The position numbers and the translations under genes were made by a program. The notes below the pieces were generated by a model. That model was not told where the DNA came from, did no database searches, and saw only the letters and a program-made list of their open reading frames with translations. A stretch of 64,000 nt of DNA, from the NCBI GenBank assembly GCA_030390025.1, contig CM059431.1, positions 143,532,001 through 143,596,000 of the forward strand. The letters run 5' to 3'. Source of the stretch: Squalus acanthias (Eukaryota). Positions 36,681 to 50,778 of the stretch are shown piece after piece. Within the stretch, counting starts at the first letter, position 1; each line of letters begins with the position of its first letter.

Positions 36681-37852
36681 ACAACCACATCAGATTGAAT
36701 GTGGCACGGTAATGTAATGGTTAATTATTCACGCCTTTGCTTTCCATTTTACCTGCGGAGTTTGGATGATGTGTTTGACTGCAGGCCGCCTTCTCAGGAT
36801 TGTAGCTGGGTGCAGAACATCGCTGACTGATGGAACTAAAACCTCTGCCGGCTGCCTGACTCGGGCCTTAAAGACTACTGGTTGTCCACATCCAGGTAAA
36901 TGAGAATGTGCCTCTTACACAAAACCGCCCGCCACTAATCTCCAATTTCCCCAGAAGCTGGATGCCAGCCGGATTGGCAGAGCCCGGGCTCCACGGGGCC
37001 CTGCAACCAAGAGGATTTTGTTTTTGGAGAACGTCTGGGTCAAGGGGAACGTTAAAGAGTGACGGGTAAAGCGGAGTCTTAATCACAGTTAATAAATGGA
37101 GCCCATTCACAATTAAAGTACAAAGGTTATTGTCAGCATAAGCTTTTCAATAATGGTCTGGAACATTGGAGTGAGGTGTCATAGGTTTATTAAGCACATA
37201 ATACATACAATAGTCCTTACACAGACAAACTTGTGGAGACCCAAACATGTCACAGTCCTGAGCGCAGTATCTTAGGCCTTTACCATATCGAATAAATTTA
37301 TATACATTTTTCTCACTCCCTGTACTTGACAATCCTCGCAATTCTGCAGTATATAATGATATCCAATTTAAAATAAAACTCCACACAAATATATTTTAAT
37401 TGATTTATCTGATCGATAATTTCACTCTTGGTCCATATAATTGCAACTGCACCAAGTGAAACCTTTAACAGTAAGCCTGTCTGTTTCTGTATCTCTTGTA
37501 CTAATTGAAAATGATGATGGATGCCCGGATGTTTTCCTTTGCAGAACCAACTGTCTTCCCAAACTGTTTCCAAATGATGAAAGGTCGCTGAAATTGCTGA
37601 ATCTGTTTGCAATGACATAAGTTTAATTAAATCGCTTATTACGTCATCATGAAACTGAGCATTGCTGCAGGGTCAGCCCTGTCCCAATAGCCCAGTGGTA
37701 CTTTAAACAGACCAGTACTTCCCTGTTTAACAGGACGAGGCTAAAGGTTAACATTGCTACAATGGAAAGACAAACCAACACAGTATCACATTAGCAGACT
37801 TTAAGGTATTCTGATTAGCGGGAAATGATTATATTCACCCGGGGTAACAGAA

Positions 37853-38316
37853 AGAAAAGGAAAGATTTCTATTTATATAGCTCCTTTCACGACCACCGCA
37901 CGCCCCAAAGCGCCTTACAGCCAATGAAGTGCTTTTTGAGGTGTAACCGCTGTTCTAATGTAGGAAGCACAGCAGCCAATTTGCGCACAGCAAGCTCCCA
38001 CAAATAGTAATGTAATAATTACCAGATAATTTCTGTTTAATGATGTTAATTGAGGGATAAATATTGGCTGCGACACCCAGGATTACTCCCTGCTCCTCTT
38101 CGAAATAGTGCAAGGGATCTTTTACGTCCACCTGAGAGGGCAGACGGAGCCACAGTTTAGCGTCTAATTAGAAAGAGGGCACCTCCGACAGTGCAGCACT
38201 CCCTCAGCCCTGCACTGGAGTGTCAGCATAGATTATGGTAGATTATTGAGTCTCTGGAGCGGGACTTGAAGTCTCAACTTTCTCACGAGGTTGCTACCAG
38301 CTGAGCCACGGCTGAC
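37853..38316 (-). mobile_element. DeuSINE (SacSINE1-like) tRNA-derived SINE
   Basis: The - strand shows a tRNA-like head, a Deu-domain-like core (CTCTCAGGTGGACGTAAAAGATCCC...TTTGTGGGAGCTTGCTGTGCGCAAATTGGCTGC) and an L2-type tail. Confidence 0.85.
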
Positions 38317-38481
38317 CCAGGGAAAGCAGCAGACACAAAACAGACGGCACAAAAAGGAAGAAAGGTTTTCTGATACCTGTTCATTTTCACAGCAACAATC
38401 GGCTTTCGTCCTAACGGTAAGACGGCCATTCTAAAATGGAACACGGGCTGTCATTTTACTCTGGTTAAAGGAAGCTTTAGT

Positions 38482-39389
38482 TTAATTTTTCATTTTTTTA
38501 ATCAACATCAGAATAAATGTCCAAGGAGATTTCACCACCTTCTTCAGCTCTTCCCTGAATTTCGTTTGTGTAGCTGCATAAATACACGTGTTTGTACAGG
38601 AACACAAATACATGAGTAGATATCCGGTTTCAGTGGCGATGAATGCTGGAGATGTATAATCGGGTCGGTGATTCACGGCCAGGGAGTTAAATACAAAACT
38701 CACAGCGGATGTCAGCCACAACAATACAAAACTGCCCGATACAGTGAACAGTAAAATGATGGATTTCCTTCTGTTCTCCATCTCTGGATCGCTCTGATTC
38801 TCACCGCTGTGACCTCGGAGTCCCCTGCGGGCTCTACTGGCCACTAAAATACGCCTGACTGCCAAACAATTAAAAAGTAATATTAAAAGAAAAGGAAGAT
38901 ATGGGTTTAAAATGTTTTGTAAGCGGAAGTAAGCTACACCTGCAGGCGATGAATAAAATGCCGCACTGGGGCGGAAACCCCAGGGAACATTGTTGATTAT
39001 TTGTTTGTGTTCAAAGGCAAACCAATAGGGGATGTTCTCTAAATAAACCAGGACAGAGACCGTTGTTATAACCGCGGCCGCAGTTCTCACTGTGCAATAC
39101 TTTGTTTTAAACTTCTGACAACATATAGCTACAAATCGGTCAAATGTGAAGGAGACGGTAAACCACACCGACATATCCAGGTTGGTACAACACATGTACA
39201 TCATGAGCTTACAAACGGCAGTGTAGGACAGGAATGAATATGGGAAGTGTTTACTCAAAATGTGATATAGGATTACATTGATGATCATGACCAATAGATC
39301 TGCTGTTGCCATGGCCACCATGTAGACAGAGATACATTTGGAAAGGCCGCATTTTCCTCTGGAGAGAATCACCATTGTCAATAGGTTCG
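38482..39389 (-). CDS. GPR139-like class A GPCR, copy B, main coding exon (first exon not located)
   Basis: Open ~302 codons after acceptor cttacag|. MATADLL (TM2), FTFDRF (DRY-like), ENRRKSIILLFTVSGSF (TM6), TNTCIY (NPxxY-like). Confidence 0.9.
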
Positions 39390-39850
39390 CTGTAAGAAAG
39401 AGGGACAAGAGTAAGTAATGGGGACACTCGGATAAATCTTACAGCGTATTGTGGGGAGATGAACCGATGTGTTCCTACTTAGGGTTATGCACCCCGATTC
39501 TTTTCATAATATAGGCGAGCGTTGACAATATATTTTTCAAACGAAAGTAATCATTATACTCTCAATATCTAGGGAGTGAGAATGCGCCGATCTTCCAGCA
39601 CACTTCAGTCAGACTGTGTCAAGCCGGTGGGTGGGGGTTGGTGCTGGGAAGGTCACTCGTATTCAGTATCGGCAATGGTATCGGATAGCGACCCCCAACA
39701 GCACCGACAGACAGACACTGATGGCTCAACGGAGGGGAATTTTTACATTGTGCTACAGTGTGAAAAGGGGGATCTCGGATCAGCCGTTCATTATCCATCT
39801 CTTCCGAATGAATCGCCATCGCTATCGCCACTGACACTATATTCATGCAT

Positions 39851-39945
39851 GAAAACAGAAAATGCTGGAAATACTCAGCAGGATAAGAATCATCTTTGCA
39901 GATGGAAACAAAGTTAACGTTTCATGTTGAAACCTTCGTTTAAAA
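39851..39945. mobile_element. Penelope-like terminal fragment
   Basis: AAAACAGAAAATGCTGGAAATACTCAGCAGG...GTTAACGTTTC, the same motif as 60223-60320. Confidence 0.6.
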
Positions 39946-40734
39946 TCCATTGAGGCTCCATTCAGTATATCGCCGATCCTTCATCGTCGCTGGGTCAAAA
40001 TCCTGGAATTATCATCACTCTGGGAATACCTTCACCACACGGGCTGCAGAGGTTCAAGAAGGCGACTACCACCGCCTTCTCAAGGGCAAATAGAGATGGG
40101 CAATAAATTCTGGCCTTACCACCGTCGCCCACATCCCATAAACGAATTTTAAAAAATCACACTTCAACGCTGCGGTTCTGGTCAAGCCGCAATACCTCGC
40201 AGGAATGGTGCAGTTACAGATTAAAGTCCACTACAGGGCAACCTTGGATGGTTCTGTAACTTGTTCATATACCGAGACAATAAAGAAGCGGATTGCCTTA
40301 CATACACACAAACACACATGTCATTGCAGTGTGGAGCGCTGAAACCATCCCGCCATGAGGCTGGGACCATGTGATCCACCGAGCCAATTTGATGAGTTGC
40401 TACAGCGGCCCCAGGGAGCAATCGATGGAATTTTACATTTAATATCATCGGTTTAATTGGCGAGGGGGATCTCGGGAGCGGCATCAGATGTCAGCTGTAT
40501 TCAATATAATTTACAAACAATTACTGGAAAGATATGAATTAAAATAATACATTCAGCTGAGACACAAAAATTCGATGTAGGTCGAAACTCTGCGCTTTTT
40601 CTAATTCTAATCGCCCCGAGGAAAATGCTCGGTAACAGAGAGGGAGCTGGTGGAGCCGCGAAGGGTCTTTGCAGCCGAGGGGAGGGGAGGAGCTCCCTGA
40701 GCGTCAATTATTGCTCAACATATCATTCACAGTC

Positions 40735-41700
40735 CTCTAACATAATTGTGGTGATCCTAATCTAACATTACTGGCGGTGGGTCTACTCTAATATTACTGG
40801 TGGTGACTCTACTCTAACATAACTGGTGTTATCCCTACTTTAACATAATTGTGGTGATACTACTCTAACATTATTGGTGGTGACGCTGCACTAAGATTAC
40901 TGGCGGTGGCCCTACCCTAACATTACTAGTGGTGACCCTACTCTATCATTACTGGTGTTGACGCTACTCTCATATTACTGGCGGAGGCCCTACACTAACA
41001 TTGCTAGTGGTGACCCTACTCTAACATTACAGGTGGTGACGCTACTCTAACATTACTGGCAGAGGCCCTACTCTAATATTGCTAGTGGTGACCTTACTCT
41101 AACATTACTGGTGGTGACTCTACTCAAACATTACTGGTGGTAACCATACGCTAACACTGCTGGTGGTCACCCGACTCAAACATTACTGGCGGTGAACCTA
41201 CTCTAACATAACTGGTGGTGACCGTACTCTAACATTACTGGTGTTGACACAAATCTAACATTGCTGGTGGTGACCCTACTCTAACATTACTGGTGTTGAC
41301 CATACTCTAACATAACTGACGGTGGCCTTACACAAACATTACTGGTGGTGTCACAACTGTAACATTACTGGTGGTGACTCTGCTCTAATATTACTGTTAG
41401 TGACTCTAATCTAACATAAATGCTGGTGACCCTAATCTAACATCTCTGGTGGTGACTTTAATCTACCATTACTGGTGGTGACTCTACAATAACATTACTG
41501 GCGGTGACCCAAGTCACCCATTGCAGATGGTGGGCCTACTCTAACATTACTGGTGTTATACCTATTGTAAAATTTCTGCTGATCCCCCTACTCTAACATT
41601 AATGGTAATGGCCGTGCACTGATATGCGTTTAGAGGACTCAATTCTAGCATTACTGCTCATTATCCTACTAGTGGTGACTATACTTTAGCGATACTGGCA
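40735..41700. repeat. Minisatellite, 26-bp unit; resumes at 43760-43965
   Basis: CTACTCTAACATTACTGGTGGTGACC tandem array, interrupted by two LINEs. Confidence 0.92.
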
Positions 41701-41705
41701 GTATT

Positions 41706-42770
41706 TGTTTGTTTATGGGATTTATTGCTTATCCCTAATTGCCCTTGAGAAGCTGGTGGTGAGCTGCCTTTTGAACGTTTGCAGTCCGTGTGGTGTAGGT
41801 ACTCCTACAGTGCTGTTAGGTAGGGAGATCCAGGGATTTGACCCAGCGACGATGAAGGATCGGCGATATACTTCTAAGAAAGGATGGTGTGTGACTTGGA
41901 GCGGAACTTGCAGGTGGTGGTGTTCCCATGCGCCTGCATCCCTTGTCCTTCTAGTTGGAAGAGGTTTCGTGTTTGGGAGTTGCTGCCGATGAAGCCTTGG
42001 CGAGTTGCTGCATTGCATCTTGTAGATGGTACACACTGCAGCTAGGGTTCGCCGGTGGTGGATGGAGTGAATGTTTAAGGTGGTAGGTGGGGTGCCAATC
42101 AAGCGGGCTGCTTTGTCCTGGATGGTGTCGAGCTTCTTGAGTGTTTTTGGAGCTGCATTCATCCAGGCACGTGGAGAGTATTCCATCAAACACCTTACTT
42201 GTGCCTTGTAGATGGTAGAAATGCTTTGGGGAGTCAGGAGGTGAGACACTCACCACAGAATGCCCAGCCTCTGACCTGCTCTTGTTGCCACAGTATTTAT
42301 GTGGCTGGTCGAGTTAAGTTTCTGTTCAATGGTTTTCCCCAGATTGTTGATGGTGAGGAATTCGGCGATTGTAATACCGTTGAATGTCTAGGGGAGTGGG
42401 TAGACTCTCGCTTTTTGGAGGTAGTCATTGCCTGGCACTTCTGTGGCGCGAATGTTATCTGCCACTTATCAGACCAAGCCTGAACATCGTCCAGGTCTTG
42501 TTGCATGCGGGCATGGGCTGCTTTATTATCTGAGGATTTGTGAATGGCACTGAACACTGTTCAGTCATCAGCGAACATCCTCATTTCTGACCTTTTGTTG
42601 GAAGGAAGGTCATTGATGAAGCAGCTGAAGATGATTGGGCCTAGGACACTGCCCTGAGGAACTCCTGCACCGATGTCCTGTGCTGTAATGATTGGCCTTC
42701 AAACATCACAATCATCTTCCTTTGTGGTAGGTATGACTCCAGCCAGCGGAGAGTTTCCAGCCTTTACCCA
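41706..42770 (-). mobile_element. CR1/L2-group LINE 3' part, same family as 105-1850
   Basis: MQQDLDDVQAWSDKWQITFAPQKC and IYKAQVRCLMEYSPRAWMNAAPKTLKKLDTIQDKAARLI. Confidence 0.85.
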
Positions 42771-42794
42771 TTTATTCTAATGTCATTAATCACT

Positions 42795-43755
42795 TGTATG
42801 AAGGGACCGAGTGTTATGTAGCCAAGTTTGCGGATGATACAAAGATGGCTGGGAAATCATGCTGTGCAGAGGACTCAAAAAAGCTGCAAAGGGATATGGA
42901 CAGGCTAAGTGAGTGGGCATACATTCGGCAGATGGAGTATAATGTGGGAAAATGCGGCGTTATCCCCTTTGGCAGGAAAAATAAAAACGGCCAATTATTA
43001 TTAAATGGAGAGAGGTTACAAAATGCTACAGTTCAGAGGGACCTGGGGGGCCTTGTGCATGAAACACAAAAAGTTAGCATGCAGGTACAGCAAGTAATCA
43101 AAAAGGCAAATGCAATGTCGGCCTTTATTTCAAGGGGGTTGGAGTATTAAAGCAGGGACGTCTTGCTACAACTGTACAGGGTATTGGTGAGATCACACAC
43201 CTTGAGTACTGCGTACAGTTTTGGTCTCCTTATTTCAGGAAGGATATACTTGCATTGGAGGCAGTACAGAGACAATTCCCTAGGTTAATTCCAGAGATGT
43301 GGGGGTTGACTTATGAGGAAAGGTTGAGCAGGCTGGGCCTATACCCATTGGCGTTATGAAGAATGAGAGCTAATCTTATTGAAACATATAAGATACTGAG
43401 GGGTCTCGACAAGGTAGACGCAGAGAGGATGCTTCTCCTCGTGGGGAAATCTAGAACTCGGGGGCATAGTTTCAAAATAAAGTGTCGTCCTTTTAGAACT
43501 GAGATGAAGAGAAATTTATTCTGTCAGAGGGTCGTAAATCTGTAAATTCTCTGCCCCAGAGAGCTGTGGATGCTGGGTTATTATATACATTTAAGGTGGA
43601 GATAGACAGATTTTTGCAAGATAAGGGAGTGAAGGGTTATGGTGAGCGGGCAGGGAAGTGGCTTTGAGTCCAAGATCAGCCATGATGTTATTGAATGCAC
43701 GAGCAGGCTCGAGGGGCCAAGTGGCCTTTCCTGCTCCTATTTCTTATGTTCTTAT
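42795..43755 (+). mobile_element. CR1 LINE 3' part
   Basis: AKFADDTK, RDLGGLVHETQKVSMQV and a (TTCTTATG) tail. Confidence 0.9.
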
Positions 43756-43966
43756 AATGTCATTGTAGGTGACCTTAATCTAACATTACTTACGATGACC
43801 GAACTATATAACATAACCGATGGCGGTTCTACACTAACATTACTGGTGGTCAGTCAACTCTAACATTTTTGGCGGTAACCGTATTCTAACATTATTATTG
43901 ATGACTATATACTAATATTAGCGGTAATAACGCCAATTTAACATTTCTGATGCTAACCCTACTCTA

Positions 43967-46720
43967 CATAAGAACATAAGAATTAGGACCAGATATCATA
44001 CAGTCATAGAGCACACGGCACAGAACGAGGGCATTCGGCATATTGAGTCCGTGCCGGCTCTCTGAAGAGCAATCCAGTCAGTCCCATTCCCCCGCTCTAT
44101 CCCCGTGGCCCTGCAAGTTTATTTCCCTCAAGTGCCTATCCAGTCTCCCCTTGAAAACATCGCGTGTCTCCACTTCCACCACTTCCGTCGGCAGCGAATT
44201 CCAGGTCATCACCACTCGCTGTATAAAAGAGTTTGTCCTCACATCCCCCCGTATCTCTTGCCCAAAAACATAAATCTGTGTCCCCTAGTCCTTGTACCAT
44301 CAATTAATGGGAACAGCCTTTCCAATTCTAGCCTATCCAAACCCATCATAATCTTGTAACGCCCAGGTCCCACTGTCCCTGCACACGCTTTAAAATTGAG
44401 CCATTAAGTGTAAATTGCCTCTCCCTGTTCCTTCTGCCAAAATACATCACCTCACACTTCTCTTTTTTAGAATCCATCTGCACTTGTCTGCCAATTCTGC
44501 TGGCAGTTCTATGTTCTGTTGCAGTCGATTGGTAGCATCCTCACTGTTTGTCACACGCCCAAGTTTGGTGTCATCGGCAAATTTTCAAAATCTGCTCTGT
44601 ATCCCAATATCCAGGTCATTTATATATATCAAAAACGCAGTGGCCCCAGCACTGACACTTGGAAAATGTCACTGAATACCATCCTCCAGTGCGAAAAACA
44701 GCCATTTACCTCAAATCGCTGTTTTCTGTCCTTCAACCAATTCCTTAGCCAGGCTGCCACTGACCCACCTATTCCATGAGCCTCAATTTTGTTAATCAGC
44801 CTTCTATGTGTTACTTTTTCAAACGCCAAGGATAATCCATGTAGACAACATCCATTGCATTCCCTTCATCAATCCTCTCTGTTACTTCCCAGGAAATGTA
44901 ATTAGATTAGTCAAAACTATCTGCCTTTTACAAATCCGCGTTGGTTCTCCTAAGTAAGCTTAAACCACTCCAAGTGCCAGTTATTTTTTTCCTTGCATAT
45001 TGTTTCTAAAATTTAAGCAACATTGATGTTAAACTGAACGGCCTATAGTTATTAGGATTGTCCTTACGCCCATTATTGAACAATGGTGTCACATTTGCCA
45101 CTTTTCAATCCTCAGGCACCTCCCACGCAGCTAGGGAACATTGGAAAATTATGGCAAGCCCTTCTGCTATCTCGCCCCACAATTCCCTTAGCAACCTGGG
45201 ATGCAAGACATCTGGACCAGGCGACTTATCCAATCTCAGCATACCCAGCCTTTCTAGTACATCCTGTCTCTCAATTTTCACCCCTTCCATTGCTTCTAAC
45301 ATTTCCACATTTACCGATATTTTGTCAGCATCCATCACCTTAGTAAACACCGAAGCAAAGTATTCATTGCGTATTCTTATCTTGCCCTGTGGCCCTGAGC
45401 AAATACCACCTTCTTTATCCCTAATAGGCCGCAGCCCGCCTCTTACCACCCGCTTACTGTTTACATACCAGTAGAAGAATTTTGGGTTCCTTTTATGTTA
45501 ACCGCTATTCTACTCTCATATTCTCTCTTTGCCAATCTGCTTTTGATCTTCACTTCCGCTCTCAACTTATTGTATTTGGGCTGGTTCTCCCTTGAAGAAT
45601 TCACCTGACATGCATAATACATCCTCGTTTTTTGCTTCATCATCTTCTCTATCTTCCTCGGCATCCAAGGAGCCCTTATTTTGGTTCCCTTTCCCTTCCC
45701 TCTTGTTGGAATCTAACTAGCCTTTACTTGGAACATCTCCTCCTTAATGATCACCCATTGTTCCATTACAGTTTTTCATGTCATTCTTTGCTTCCATTTT
45801 GCCCTGGTTGGATCCTTTCACATCGCATTGAAGTTAGCCCTATTCCAGTTTAGATGTTCCACTCTAGATTGTTCGTTGCTCCTCTCCATTTCTAATCTAA
45901 ATTTTATGATGCCATGATCACACGTATCCAAGTGTTTTCCCACATACACTTGGTCGACCTGGCCCACCATATTCCCCAGCGCCAGATCCAGCAATGCCGC
46001 CTTCCTAGTTGGGCCAAGAACATATTGGCAAGGAAATTCTCCTGAACACATTTCATAAATTCCTCCTCCTCCTCTCCCATTACCCTAGCATTATCCCAAT
46101 CGACATTTGGAAAATTAAAGTCCCCCAATATCACCACTTTATAGCTCTTGCATATCTCTGCGATTTAACTGCAGATTTGGTCCGCTACCTCGCTCTCACT
46201 ATTTGGACGCATGATCATACCCTTTTTGCTCCTCAACTCTAACCAAATTGTTTATGTCCTTGTACCCTCAAGAACATCCTCCCTCTCCAAAGCTACAATG
46301 TCTTCCTTAAACAGCACTGTCACACCACCTTCCTTATTTTCCTTCCCTATCGTTTCTGAACACCTTGTATCCTTGAATATTCAGTGCACAGTTCTCACCG
46401 TTTGTAAGCCACGTTTTCGTTATTGCCACGACATCAAATTGCCACACGACTAATTGTTCTTGTAGCTCACCAACCTTATTCAGCACACTTTGTACGTTTA
46501 CATACATGCATTCTAACTCAATGATTGAATTTTTCGCAGTCTTTCTTAGTCTACTCCTATCTAATATGGTACTACTACCAACTCGAGTACTAGCTTCTCT
46601 AGTACTATCCAACACACTCACTCTTTTATGCACCTTATTCCTCTTTTCTACTCCTATATGCTTCTGCCCATCCCCCTGCCAAGCTAGTTTGAACCCTCCC
46701 CAACAGCTCTTGACAAATTC
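43967..46720 (-). mobile_element. CR1 LINE, endonuclease to 3' end with internal deletions
   Basis: VVAITKTWL, ILGDFNFP, DKSPGPDVLHPRLLREL and AFEKVTHRRL. Confidence 0.85.
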
Positions 46721-46724
46721 TCCA

Positions 46725-48820
46725 CTCCAGACAATAGGGTACCTCGAGCCTGCTCCATCATTCAATAATTACATGGATGATTTTCTACCTGAACTCCACC
46801 TTTTCGCCCGATCCCCATATCCCTTACATAAGATAACATAAGACATAGGAACAGGATTAGGTCGTTTGAGCCCTCGAGCCTGCTCCGCCATTCAATAAGA
46901 TCACGGCTGATCTGATCTTGGCCTCAACTCCACTACCCTGCCCACTCCCCATAACCCTTGACTCTCTTACCTTTCAAAAAACTGTTTTTCTCTACCTTAA
47001 ATATATTCAATGACCCAGCCTCCACAGATCTCTGGGGAAGATAATTCCAAAGATTCACGATCTCTGAGAGAAGAAATTCCTCCTCATTTCCAATTTAAAA
47101 GGGTGCCCGCTTATTCTGAAATTATGCCCCTCGTTCTAAATTCCCCCACGAGGGAAAACATCCTCTCTGCATCTACCCTGTCAAGCCCCTTCAGAATCTT
47201 ATATGTTTCAATAAGTTCCCCTCTCATTCTTCTAAACTCCAATGAGTATAGGCGCAACCTGCTCAACCTTTCCTCATAAGAAAGCCCCTTCATCACCTGG
47301 ATCAACCTCGTGAACTTTCTCTGAACTGCCTCCAATGCAAGTATATCCTTCCTTAAATAAGGAGAGCAAAACTGTACGCAGTACTCCAGGTCTGGTCTCA
47401 CCAACGCCCTGTAAAGTTGTAACAGGCCTTCCCTGCTTATATACTCCTTTGCCTTTCCAATAAAGGCCAACATTCCATTTGCCTTCCTAATTACTTGCTG
47501 TACTTGCATGCTAACATTTTGTGATTCATGTACAGGGACCCCCAGATCCCTCTGTACCTCAGTATTTTTAATCTTTCCCCATTTAAATAATAATTCGTTT
47601 TGTTATTTTTCCTACCACAGTGGATAACCTAGCATTTTCCCACATTAAACTCAATTTGCCTGATTTTTGCCCACTTACATAGACTACCTATATTGCTTTC
47701 GAGATTCGTTGCGTTCTCCGCACAATTTGCTTTCCCACCTATCTTTGTATCATCAGAAATTTGGCTGCATTACACTCAGTCCCTTCATCCAATCATTAAT
47801 ATAGTTTGTAAATATTTGAGGCCCCAGCACTGATCCCTGCGGCATCCACTAGTTACAGTTTGCCAACGTGAAAATGATCCATTTATCCCGACTCTCTGTT
47901 TTCTGTCAGTTAGCCAATCCTCTATCCAAGCGAATATATTACACCCAACCCCGTGAGCTCTTATCTCGTGTAGTAACCTTTTATGTGGCACCTTATCGAA
48001 TGCCTTCTGGAAATCCAAATACACGACATCTACTGGTTTCCCTTTATCCACCCTGCTCGTTACATCCTCATAGAGTTCCAGCAAATTTGTTAAACATGAT
48101 TTCCCTTTCATAAAAAAATGCTAACTCTGCTTGACTATATTATGATTTTCTAAATGTCCTGCTATCACTTCCTTAATGATGGACTCCAACATTTTCCCAA
48201 TGACAGATGTTAGGCTAACTGGTCGTTAGTTGCCTGCTTTCTGTCTCCCTCCTTTCTTAAATAGGGGTGTTACATTGACGGTTGTCCAGTCCACTGGGAC
48301 GTCTACAAATCCAGGGAATTTTGGTAGATTACAACCGATGCATCCACTATCTCTGCCACCTCCTTTAAGACTCTAGGATGCAGTCCATCGGGTCCAGGGG
48401 ACTCCCCTTGCCCACCTTTAGTCCCATTAGCTTCCCTAGTACTTTCACTCTAATGATAGTGATTATTTAAGTTCTCCCACCACCCCAATAGCCCCTTGAT
48501 TATCCATTATTGGGATGCTTTTACGTTCTTATACCATGAAGACCGATACAAAATATTTGTTCAAAGTCTCTGCCATTTCCCTGTTTCCCATTATTAATTC
48601 CCCAGACTCATTCTCTAGGAGACCAACGTTTAATTTAGAAACACTCTTCCTTTATATATACCTGTAGAAACTCTTACTCTCTGTTTTTATATTTCTTGCT
48701 AGCTATCATCTCTCTCTATCATGTTTTCAGTCGGCCTTTGCTGCTTTTTAAAAGTTTGCCAATTGCCTTACACTATTCTTCGCAGCATTGTATGCTTTTG
48801 TTTTCAATTTAATTGCATCC
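46725..48820 (-). mobile_element. CR1 LINE RT region
   Basis: KGKSCLTNLLE, VYLDFQKAFDKVPH and EFRRMRGELIETYK. Confidence 0.9.
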
Positions 48821-50778
48821 CTTGATTCCGCCAGAGTCTAAAAAATTATTTAGCTCAGCCTTGAATTTATCCAACGAAAGTGCCAGAGATAAATTTGTCG
48901 CTGCTACGTAATCATAGAGTCCTCGAATGATACAGCACAGAAGGAGCCCATTTGGCCGGCTATACCAGCGGAACTCACTGCGGGAATTGACACCTGGCCT
49001 TTCTGTCACCTCACACTGCATCTTCATTCATATCAGAACATGGACAATCCCCACAGATCACAGCAGGTGCAGAGTAAAATTACCACGATATTAATTAGTA
49101 GTTTGAGGAGATGTAAGCAGTTCAATTCCGACACCAAAATATCGTTTGCAACTACAAATCTGTTTCTTGTGTTCGACCAAGTCCAGATACACACATGTTT
49201 TCTTTGCTTTTCGACATAACTAGAACCTCACTCTAAAGTCTGTCTCTCTAGTTCCCCAGTGCCACGGAGAGAAGCGCCTGGAGCCCTCGTTTATTTAATG
49301 TAACAGACACAAACACAGGTATTCATTCAAAATCAACCTGCAGGAGGACACACACAGATAAACACAGCCAGCTATACAGAGAATATCAGGAAACACCGGG
49401 ATATAAACAAGAGATATTGACAAGGACAAAGGCCATCAGAACATTGCCTGAACCCTGTGGTCAGTAAATGGTTTGATGGTTGTCTTCCTTATACACCTTG
49501 GAATTCTGGAGGACTCGGTCCGTGGTTTGTAAAACAAGTTGAACCAGTGGGGCGGATCCAATAGCCACCTCGCTGTAATAAGCGACAAGGACAGAAAGTT
49601 TAACCAGACCCGGCGAGTTCAGTCGGAAGAGCATCAGCCTCTTAATTGCAGAGTCGTTGGTTGCAGCTCCCCGTTGGGTGAATATTTTTTCAACCTTTCG
49701 TGTTGAGTTCACGGCGACCCCCAGCTCTGAAGTCCTGCAGCAGTGTCACTTCGCTGAAAATGTGAATAATATAATTGCTGGTTTAAGAGTGAAAACTGGC
49801 CTCCACTTCACTGTAAGTGTCAGAGACAACATTGTAGGTGCCGCGTTATCATAGAATTATAGAATGATACAGCAGAGAATGAGACCATTCGGCCCATAGT
49901 GCCTGTGCCGGCTCTTTGGCAGAGCTATCCCATTAATCCCACTCCCCTGCTCTTTCCCCACAGCCCTGTATTTTTCCCTTCAATAATGTACAATAAATGG
50001 CAAAACGTTTAAAAGGAACAGGAAGTGTTAGGGATTCAGATACAGAAACATTTCTGACGGGCCTCAGATTCTTTCAGAGGTTTCAACCTTCCCTGCATCA
50101 TTGCCCTTAGCGAAGCAAGTGTGACGTTCGAGTCAAAATTCTGTCCGAACAAAACTGGCTGCAGTCACAGATTAGAATGGCCACATCCTGGGGACCGAGA
50201 GCAGCCGGTCCAGGTCCAAGAAGAACGAGAGGGAACTTTTTTTTATACAGCTAGTACTTCTGATCTGGAATGCACTGTCTGACAGAGCGGTGGAAGCAGA
50301 TTCAGCAGCAACTTTCAAAGGAGAACTGGATAAATACTTGAAGGGAAACATTTACAGGGCTATGAGGACATAGCAGGGGACTGAGATTAATGGGATAGCT
50401 CTACCAAAGAGCCGGCACAGGCATGATGGGCCCAATGACTTCGTTCTATTCTGTATAATTAAATAATTCGATGACTCTATTCAAAGGAACCCGGCGAGAA
50501 TGATCTGGTCAGGAGATTGGGGGAGGAAAATTGGAGAGCGCCTTCAGAACATTAATTACTTAACAATCAATTTCCTGTGTGACTGGTGTGGTTTCGATCA
50601 GTGAAATGTCTGTAAATGGCAACGGAGTAGAAGGATTGAGAGTTTTTAGTGTGGGACAGAAGTGATGTTGTTTTGGTCACTGAGCCTTCCAGCAGCATTT
50701 ACAGGGGACCAGAATTGGTGGAACTTTCTCTGGGCCTTCTCTGTGGAAATTCAGGCCTATTGAAAGGTTTCTCCTTGA

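Noticed and set aside
40221..40484. ORF MPLPRSPS.. shared with 30283-30723 as GPCR exon 1
   Set aside because: There is no TM1-like stretch or phase-1 donor, and the similarity is explained by the duplication.
49085..49137. tRNA-like 3' end GCAGTTCAATTCCGACACCA
   Set aside because: No cloverleaf or A box can be built upstream.
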